Shown piece after piece: positions 55,235 to 64,000 of a stretch of 64,000 nucleotides of DNA; position 1 is the first letter of the stretch, and every line of letters starts with the position of its first letter. A model generated the notes under the pieces. It did no database searches and was not told where the DNA came from. It saw nothing but the letters and a program-made list of their open reading frames with translations. The position numbers were made by a program, and so were the translations under genes. The stretch is from Balanoglossus misakiensis (taxonomy: Eukaryota; Animalia; Hemichordata), in NCBI GenBank assembly GCA_040954595.2, contig CM082591.2:10929309-10993308 (forward strand), in the 5' to 3' direction.

Positions 55235-55895
55235 TTATTATTAAATTAAATTGTTTAAAATGCGCTACACATACGTCTCAGCGCTTTGTACATAGCTAAA
55301 AGAGTAGATTAAAAAATACAAGGCTGGTAAAAATAGTTAAAAGGACACAATCGAACACGTTACACATAAAACCGAGTAAAAAGGTATGTTTTCAAATTAC
55401 GCTTAAAAATATTGACATTTCTGGCGGTTTTGATATCAAGGGGTAAATTGTTCCATAAAATGGGCGCACAAACTGAAAAAGCTCTCTGTCTGTAGGTTTT
55501 GTTAAATTTACCATGAGGATGAGTTAAAAAGAATTGAACGCTCGAGCGCAGTTCTCGAGCTGGTACATATAAATGTAAAAGATCAGTCAAATAGGCAGGT
55601 GCCTTACCACTGATACATTTGAATGTGAGCAAGAGAATTTTAAAACTGATGCGGGCCTCTACCGGTAGCCAATGTAAATCTTTGAGTATGGGTGTGATAT
55701 GATCGGACTTGCGCGTACGAGTAACTAGCCTCGCCGCAGCATTCTGTAGAGACTGAAGTCGAGCTAGATGTCCCTTCGGGATACCAAATAAAAGACTATT
55801 ACAGTAATCTAAATGAGACGTTACAAATGCATGAACTTGTTTCTCAGTTGTAGTTCTGTCAAGAAGATTACGAATTTTAGCTATTCTATGCAAAG
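55235..55895 (-). mobile_element. 5'-truncated L2/CR1-group LINE fragment, copy 7
   Basis: Identical translation at 55360-55893 and same junctions. Offset is 2575 bp = 665 + 15x132 - 70. Confidence 0.93.
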
Positions 55896-57327
55896 CATAG
55901 GCCTATCATGTGTTCTGCGCATCACAACAGAATTTTGTAAACAAACGAGGCTGTGTTTGGAAGCAACCATGGAAACTTTAGAACTATCCGTCGATCTACA
56001 GAGTCTAGTGGACAATTTTCTTATGCGCATAGACCTATCATGTGTTCTGCGCATCACAACAGAATTTTGTAAACAAACGAGGCCGTGTTTGGAAGCAACC
56101 ATGGGAACTTTAGAACTATCCGTCGATCTATAGAGTCCAGTGGAAAACTGTCTTATCCTCATAGGGCTATCATGTGTTCTGCGCATCACAACAGAATTTT
56201 GTAAACAAACGAGGGTGTGTTTGGAAGCAACCATGGAAACTTTAGAACTATCCGTCGATCTACAGAGTCTAGTGGAAAACTTTCTTATGCGCATAGACCT
56301 ATCATGTGTTCTGCGCATCACAACAGAATTTTGTAAACAAACGAGGCTGTGTTTGGAAGCAACAATGGAAACTTTAGAACTATCCGTCGATCTACAGAGT
56401 CTAGTGGAAAACTTTCTTATGCGCATAGACCTATCATGTGTTCTGCGCATCACAACAGAATTTTGTAAACAAACGAGGCTGTGTTTGGAAGCAAACATGG
56501 AAACTTTAGAACTATCCGTCGATCTACAGAGTCTAGTGGAAAACTTTCTTATGCGCATAGGCCTATCATGTTTTCTGCGCATCACAACAGAATTCGGTAA
56601 ATAAACGAGGGTGTGTTTGGAAGCAACCATGGAAACTTTAGAACTATCCGTCGATCGACAGAGTCTAGTGGAAAACTTTCTTATGCGCATAGACCTATCA
56701 TGTGTTCTGCGCATCACAACAGAATTTTGTAAACAAACGAGGCTGTGTTTGGAAGCAACCATGGAAACTTTACAACTATCCGTCGATCTATAGAGTCCAG
56801 TGGAAAACTTTCTTATCCTCATAGGGCTATCATGTGTTCTGCGCATCACAACAGAATTTTGTAAACAAACGAGGCTGTGTTTTGAAGCAACCATGGAAAC
56901 TTTAGAACTATCCGTCGATCTACAGAGTCTAATGGAAAACTTTCTTATGCGCATTGACCTATCATGTGTTCTGCGCATCACAACAGAATTTTGTAAACAA
57001 ACGAGGCTGTGTTTGGAAGCAAACATGGAAACTTTAGAACTATCCGTCGATCTACAGAGTCTAGTGGAAAACTTTCTTATGCGCATAGGCCTATCATGTT
57101 TTCTGCGCATCACAACAGAATTCGGTAAATAAACGAGGGTGTGTTTGGAAGCAACCATGGAAACTTTAGAACTATCCGTCGATCGACAGAGTCTAGTGGA
57201 AAACTTTCTTATGCGCATAGACCTATCATGTGTTCTGCGCATCACAACAGAATTTTGTAAACAAACGAGGCTGTGTTTGGAAGCAACCATGGAAACTTTA
57301 CAACTATCCGTCGATCTATAGAGTCCA

Positions 57328-60300
57328 GTGGAAAACTTTCTTATCCTCATAGGGCTATCATGTGTTCTGCGCATCACAACAGAATTTTGTAAACAAACGA
57401 GGCTGTGTTTGGAAGCAACAATGGAAACTTTAGAACTATCCGTCGATCTACAGAGTCTAGTGGAAAACTTTCTTATGCGCATAGACCTATCTGTTCTGCG
57501 CATCACAACAGAATTTTGTAAACAAACGAGGCTGTGTTTGGAAGCAAACATGGAAACTTTAGAACTATCCGTCGATCTGCAGAGTCTAGTGGAAAACTTT
57601 CTTATGCGCATAGACCTATCATGTGTTCTGCGCATCACAACAGAATTTTGTAAACAAACGAGGCTGTGTTTGGAAGCAACCATGGAAACTTTAGAACTAT
57701 CCGTCGATCTACAGAGTCTAGTGGAAAACTTTCTTATGCGCATAGACCTATCATGTGCTCTGCGCATCACAACTGATTTCCTTAAATAACCGAGGCTGTG
57801 TTTGGAAGCATCCATGGAAATTTTAGAACTATCCGTCGATCTACCGAGTCTATCAGAAAACTTTCTCATGCGCATAGGTCTATCGTGTGTTCTGCGCATC
57901 ACAACAGATTTCCTCAAATAAACGAGGCTGTGTTTGGAAGCAACCATGGAAATTTTAGAACTATCCGTCGATCTACAGAGTCTAGTGGAAAACTTTCTTA
58001 TGCGCATAGGCCTATCATGTTTTCTGCGCATCACAACAGAATTCGGTAAATAAACGAGGGTGTGTTTGGAAGCAACCATGGAAACTTTAGAACTATCCGT
58101 CGATCGACAGAGTCTAGTGGAAAACTTTCTTATGCGCATAGACCTATCATGTGTTCTGCGCATCACAACAGAATTTTGTAAACAAACGAGGCTGTGTTTG
58201 GAAGCAACCATGGAAACTTTACAACTATCCGTCGATCTATAGAGTCCAGTGGAAAACTTTCTTATCCTCATAGGGCTATCATGTGTTCTGCGCATCACAA
58301 CAGAATTTTGTAAACAAACGAGGCTTTGTTTTGAAGCAACCATGGAAACTTTAGAACCATCCGTCGATCTACAGAGTCTAATGGAAAACTTTCTTATGCG
58401 CATAGACCTATCATGTGTTCTGCGCATCACAACAGAATTTTGTAAACAAACGAGGCTGTGTTTGGAAGCAAACATGGAAACTTTAGAACTATCCGTCGAT
58501 CTACAGAGTCTAGTGGAAAACTTTCTTATGCGCATAGGCCTATCATGTTTTCTGCGCATCACAACAGAATTCGGTAAATAAACGAGGCTGTGTTTTGAAG
58601 CAACCATGGAAACTTTAGAACCATCCGTCGATCTACAGAGTCTAATGGAAAACTTTCTTATGCGCATAGACCTATCATGTGTTCTGCGCATCACAACAGA
58701 ATTTTGTAAACAAACGAGGCTGTGTTTGGAAGCAAACATGGAAACTTTAGAACTATCCGTCGATCTACAGAGTCTAGTGGAAAACTTTCTTATGCGCATA
58801 GGCCTATCATGTGCTCTGCGCATCACAACTGATTTCCGTAAATAACCGAGGCTGTGTTTGGAAGCATCCATGGAAATTTTAGAACTATCCGTCGATCTAC
58901 CGAGTCTATCAGAAAACTTTCTCATGCGCATAGGTCTATCGTGTGTTCTGCGCATCACAACAGAATTTTGTAAACAAACGAGGCTGTGTTTGGAAGCAAC
59001 CATGGAAACTTTAGAACTATCCGTCGATCGACAGAGTCTAGTGGAAAACTTTCTTATGCGCATAGACCTATCATGTGTTCTGCGCATCACAACAGAATTT
59101 TGTAAACAAACGAGGCTGTGTTTGGAAGCAACCATGGAAACTTTACAACTATCCGTCGATCTATAGAGTCCAGTGGAAAACTTTCTTATCCTCATAGGGC
59201 TATCATGTGTTCTGCGCATCACAACAGAATTTTGTAAACAAACGAGGCTGTGTTTGGAAGCAACAATGGAAACTTTAGAACTATCCGTCGATCTACAGAG
59301 TCTAGTGGAAAACTTTCTTATGCGCATAGACCTATCTGTTCTGCGCATCACAACAGAATTTTGTAAACAAACGAGGCTGTGTTTGGAAGCAAACATGGAA
59401 ACTTTAGAACTATCCGTCGATCTGCAGAGTCTAGTGGAAAACTTTCTTATGCGCATAGACCTATCATGTGTTCTGCGCATCACAACAGAATTTTGTAAAC
59501 AAACGAGGCTGTGTTTGGAAGCAACCATGGAAACTTTAGAACTATCCGTCGATCTACAGAGTCTAGTGGAAAACTTTCTTATGCGCATAGACCTATCATG
59601 TGCTCTGCGCATCACAACTGATTTCCTTAAATAACCGAGGCTGTGTTTGGAAGCATCCATGGAAATTTTAGAACTATCCGTCGATCTACCGAGTCTATCA
59701 GAAAACTTTCTCATGCGCATAGGTCTATCGTGTGTTCTGCGCATCACAACAGATTTCCTCAAATAAACGAGGCTGTGTTTGGAAGCAACCATGGAAATTT
59801 TAGAACTATCCGTCGATCTACAGAGTCTAGTGGAAAACTTTCTTATGCGCATAGGCCTATCATGTTTTCTGCGCATCACAACAGAATTCGGTAAATAAAC
59901 GAGGGTGTGTTTGGAAGCAACCATGGAAACTTTAGAACTATCCGTCGATCGACAGAGTCTAGTGGAAAACTTTCTTATGCGCATAGACCTATCATGTGTT
60001 CTGCGCATCACAACAGAATTTTGTAAACAAACGAGGCTGTGTTTGGAAGCAACCATGGAAACTTTACAACTATCCGTCGATCTATAGAGTCCAGTGGAAA
60101 ACTTTCTTATCCTCATAGGGCTATCATGTGTTCTGCGCATCACAACAGAATTTTGTAAACAAACGAGGCTTTGTTTTGAAGCAACCATGGAAACTTTAGA
60201 ACCATCCGTCGATCTACAGAGTCTAATGGAAAACTTTCTTATGCGCATAGACCTATCATGTGTTCTGCGCATCACAACAGAATTTTGTAAACAAACGAGG

Positions 60301-63300
60301 CTGTGTTTGGAAGCAAACATGGAAACTTTAGAACTATCCGTCGATCTACAGAGTCTAGTGGAAAACTTTCTTATGCGCATAGGCCTATCATGTTTTCTGC
60401 GCATCACAACAGAATTCGGTAAATAAACGAGGCTGTGTTTTGAAGCAACCATGGAAACTTTAGAACCATCCGTCGATCTACAGAGTCTAATGGAAAACTT
60501 TCTTATGCGCATAGACCTATCATGTGTTCTGCGCATCACAACAGAATTTTGTAAACAAACGAGGCTGTGTTTGGAAGCAAACATGGAAACTTTAGAACTA
60601 TCCGTCGATCTACAGAGTCTAGTGGAAAACTTTCTTATGCGCATAGGCCTATCATGTGCTCTGCGCATCACAACTGATTTCCGTAAATAACCGAGGCTGT
60701 GTTTGGAAGCATCCATGGAAATTTTAGAACTATCCGTCGATCTACCGAGTCTATCAGAAAACTTTCTCATGCGCATAGGTCTATCGTGTGTTCTGCGCAT
60801 CACAACAGAATTTTGTAAACAAACGAGGCTGTGTTTGGAAGCAACCATGGAAACTTTACAACTATCCGTCGATCTACAGAGTCTAGTGGAAAACTTTCTT
60901 ATGTGCATAGGTCTATCATGTGTTCTGCGCATCACAACATAATTTTGAAAACAATCGAGGCTGTGTTTGGAAGCAACCATGGAAACTTTAGAACTATCCG
61001 TCGATCTACAGAGTCTAGTGGAAAACTTTCTTATGCGCATAGGCCTATCATGTTTTCTGCGCATCACAACAGAATTCGGTAAATAAACGAGGGTGTGTTT
61101 GGAAGCAACCATGGAAACTTTAGAACTATCCGTCGATCGACAGAGTCTAGTGGAAAACTTTCTTATGCGCATAGACCTATCATGTGTTCTGCGCATCACA
61201 ACAGAATTTTGTAAACAAACGAGGCTGTGTTTGGAAGCAACCATGGAAACTTTACAACTATCCGTCGATCTATAGAGTCCAGTGGAAAACTTTCTTATCC
61301 TCATAGGGCTATCATGTGTTCTGCGCATCACAACAGAATTCGGTAAATAAACGAGGGTGTGTTTGGAAGCAACAATGGAAACTTTAGAACTATCCGTCGA
61401 TCTATAGAGTCCAGTGGAAAACTTTCTTATGCGCATAGACCTATCATGTGTTCTGCGCATCACAACAGAATTTTGTAAACAAACGAGGCTGTGTTTGGAA
61501 GCAACAATGGAAACTTTAGAACTATCCGTCGATCTATAGAGTCCAGTGGAAAACTCTCTTATCCTCATAGGGCTATCATGTGTTCTGCGCATCACAACAG
61601 AATTTTGTAAACAAACGAGGCTGTGTTTTGAAGCAACCATGGAAACTTTAGAACTATCCGTCGATCTACAGAGTCTAATGGAAAACTTTCTTATGCGCAT
61701 AGACCTATCATGTGTTCTGCGCATCACAACAGAATTTTGTAAACAAACGAGGCTGTGTTTGGAAGCAAACATGGAAACTTTAGAACTATCCGTCGATCTA
61801 CAGAGTCTAGTGGAAAACTTTCTTATGCGCATAGGCCTATCATGTTTTCTGCGCATCACAACAGAATTCGGTAAATAAACGAGGGTGTGTTTGGAAGCAA
61901 CCATGGAAACTTTAGAACTATCCGTCGATCGACAGAGTCTAGTGGAAAACTTTCTTATGCGCATAGACCTATCATGTGTTCTGCGCATCACAACAGAATT
62001 TTGTAAACAAACGAGGCTGTGTTTGGAAGCAACCATGGAAACTTTACAACTATCCGTCGATCTATAGAGTCCAGTGGAAAACTTTCTTATCCTCATAGGG
62101 CTATCATGTGTTCTGCGCATCACAACAGAATTTTGTAAACAAACGAGGCTGTGTTTGGAAGCAACAATGGAAACTTTAGAACTATCCGTCGATCTACAGA
62201 GTCTAGTGGAAAACTTTCTTATGCGCATAGACCTATCTGTTCTGCGCATCACAACAGAATTTTGTAAACAAACGAGGCTGTGTTTGGAAGCAAACATGGA
62301 AACTTTAGAACTATCCGTCGATCTGCAGAGTCTAGTGGAAAACTTTCTTATGCGCATAGACCTATCATGTGTTCTGCGCATCACAACAGAATTTTGTAAA
62401 CAAACGAGGCTGTGTTTGGAAGCAACCATGGAAACTTTAGAACTATCCGTCGATCTACAGAGTCTAGTGGAAAACTTTCTTATGCGCATAGACCTATCAT
62501 GTGCTCTGCGCATCACAACTGATTTCCTTAAATAACCGAGGCTGTGTTTGGAAGCATCCATGGAAATTTTAGAACTATCCGTCGATCTACCGAGTCTATC
62601 AGAAAACTTTCTCATGCGCATAGGTCTATCGTGTGTTCTGCGCATCACAACAGATTTCCTCAAATAAACGAGGGTGTGTTTGGAAGCAACCATGGAAACT
62701 TTAGAACTATCCGTCGATCGACAGAGTCTAGTGGAAAACTTTCTTATGCGCATAGACCTATCATGTGTTCTGCGCATCACAACAGAATTTTGTAAACAAA
62801 CGAGGCTGTGTTTGGAAGCAACCATGGAAACTTTACAACTATCCGTCGATCTATAGAGTCCAGTGGAAAACTTTCTTATCCTCATAGGGCTATCATGTGT
62901 TCTGCGCATCACAACAGAATTTTGTAAACAAACGAGGCTGTGTTTTGAAGCAACCATGGAAACTTTAGAACTATCCGTCGATCTACAGAGTCTAATGGAA
63001 AACTTTCTTATGCGCATAGACCTATCATGTGTTCTGCGCATCACAACAGAATTTTGTAAACAAACGAGGCTGTGTTTGGAAGCAAACATGGAAACTTTAG
63101 AACTATCCGTCGATCTACAGAGTCTAGTGGAAAACTTTCTTATGCGCATAGGCCTATCATGTTTTCTGCGCATCACAACAGAATTCGGTAAATAAACGAG
63201 GGTGTGTTTGGAAGCAACCATGGAAACTTTAGAACTATCCGTCGATCGACAGAGTCTAGTGGAAAACTTTCTTATGCGCATAGACCTATCATGTGTTCTG

Positions 63301-64000
63301 CGCATCACAACAGAATTTTGTAAACAGACGAGGCTGTGTTTGGAAGCAACCATGGAAACTTTACAACTATCCGTCGATCTATAGAGTCCAGTGGAAAACT
63401 TTCTTATCCTCATAGGGCTATCATGTGTTCTGCGCATCACAACAGAATTTTGTAAACAAACGAGGCTGTGTTTGGAAGCAACAATGGAAACTTTAGAACT
63501 ATCCGTCGATCTACAGAGTCTAGTGGAAAACTTTCTTATGCGCATAGACCTACCATGTGTTCTGCGCATCACAACAGAATTTTGTAAACAAACGAGGCTG
63601 TGTTTGGAAGCAAACATGGAAACTTTAGAACTATCCGTCGATCTGCAGAGTCTAGTGGAAAACTTTCTTATGCGCATAGACCTATCATGTGTTCTGCGCA
63701 TCACAACAGAATTTTATAAACAAACGAGGCTGTGTTTGGAAGCAACCATGGAAACTTTAGAACTATCCGTCGATCTACAGAGTCTAGTGGAAAACTTTCT
63801 TATGCGCATAGGCCTATCATGTGCTCTGCGCATCACAACTGATTTCCTTAAATAACCGAGGCTGTGTTTGGAAGCATCCATGGAAATTTTAGAACTATCC
63901 GTCGATCTACCGAGTCTATCAGAAAACTTTCTCATGCGCATAGGTCTATCGTGTGTTCTGCGCATCACAACAGAATTTTGTAAACAAACGAGGCTGTGTT
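57328..64000. repeat. Terminal satellite domain: 14-monomer (1845-bp) higher-order repeat and derivatives, marked by a 129-bp monomer (3-bp deletion, GACCTATCTGTTCTG)
   Basis: The 3-bp deletion lies near 57490, 59335 and 62236, with spacings of 1845 (14x132-3) and 2901 (22x132-3). Private variants AGCAAACATGG, GATCTGCAG, GAACCATCC and TCTAATGG recur in register. Confidence 0.88.

Larger units (their letters stand above)
1..64000. repeat. Tandem satellite DNA array, 132-bp monomer, ~446 copies, single orientation, running off both window ends
   Basis: Landmarks such as CCATGGAAAC, CTATCCGTCGATC and TGCGCATCAC recur every 132 bp (e.g. ATG at 22, 154, 286, 418). The ORF track shows the matching 44-aa period on both strands. 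Copy number is estimated as (64000 - 7x665 - 435)/132. Confidence 0.99.

Noticed and set aside
43861-55895. Site-specific retroelement repeatedly targeting the satellite (seven independent insertions)
   Set aside because: Identical 5' truncation, tail length and private flanking monomer variants point to one insertion duplicated with its flanks.
22-63855. The many plus-strand ORFs (METLELSVDLQSLVENFLMRIDLSCVLRITTEFCKQTRLCLEAT repeats), superficially like leucine-rich repeats
   Set aside because: They are interrupted constantly by amplified stop-codon and frameshift variants, lack a convincing LxxLxLxxN register, and come from the same satellite DNA.
1-64000. CRISPR array or other repeat-spacer system
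   Set aside because: There are no unique spacers: the whole 132 bp is repeated with only point variants. No cas genes are present, and the embedded TEs are eukaryotic types.

Overview
This window is eukaryotic tandem satellite DNA, not a gene-bearing region. About 446 head-to-tail copies of a 132-bp monomer (~41% GC) fill it from end to end in one orientation. The consensus is AGGCTGTGTTTGGAAGCAACCATGGAAACTTTAGAACTATCCGTCGATCTACAGAGTCTAGTGGAAAACTTTCTTATGCGCATAGACCTATCATGTGTTCTGCGCATCACAACAGAATTTTGTAAACAAACG. Monomer variants form successive domains with irregular higher-order repeats. Two kinds of insertion interrupt the array. One is a single 426-bp non-autonomous DNA transposon (130-bp TIRs, 9-bp TSD, TAG..CTA ends) at 41231-41656, whose empty paralogous site is visible at 51248. 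The other is a 661-bp 5'-truncated L2/CR1-group LINE 3' fragment present seven times with identical junctions (43861-55895): one retrotransposition event that was then amplified with the satellite as a new composite repeat unit. Nearly all ORFs in the track, up to 2607 aa, arise because the monomer is exactly 44 codons long and stop-free, and I do not accept them as genes. I found no CRISPR array, RNA gene or intact protein-coding gene, and no convincing new enzymatic system. The interest here is in satellite and TE evolution.
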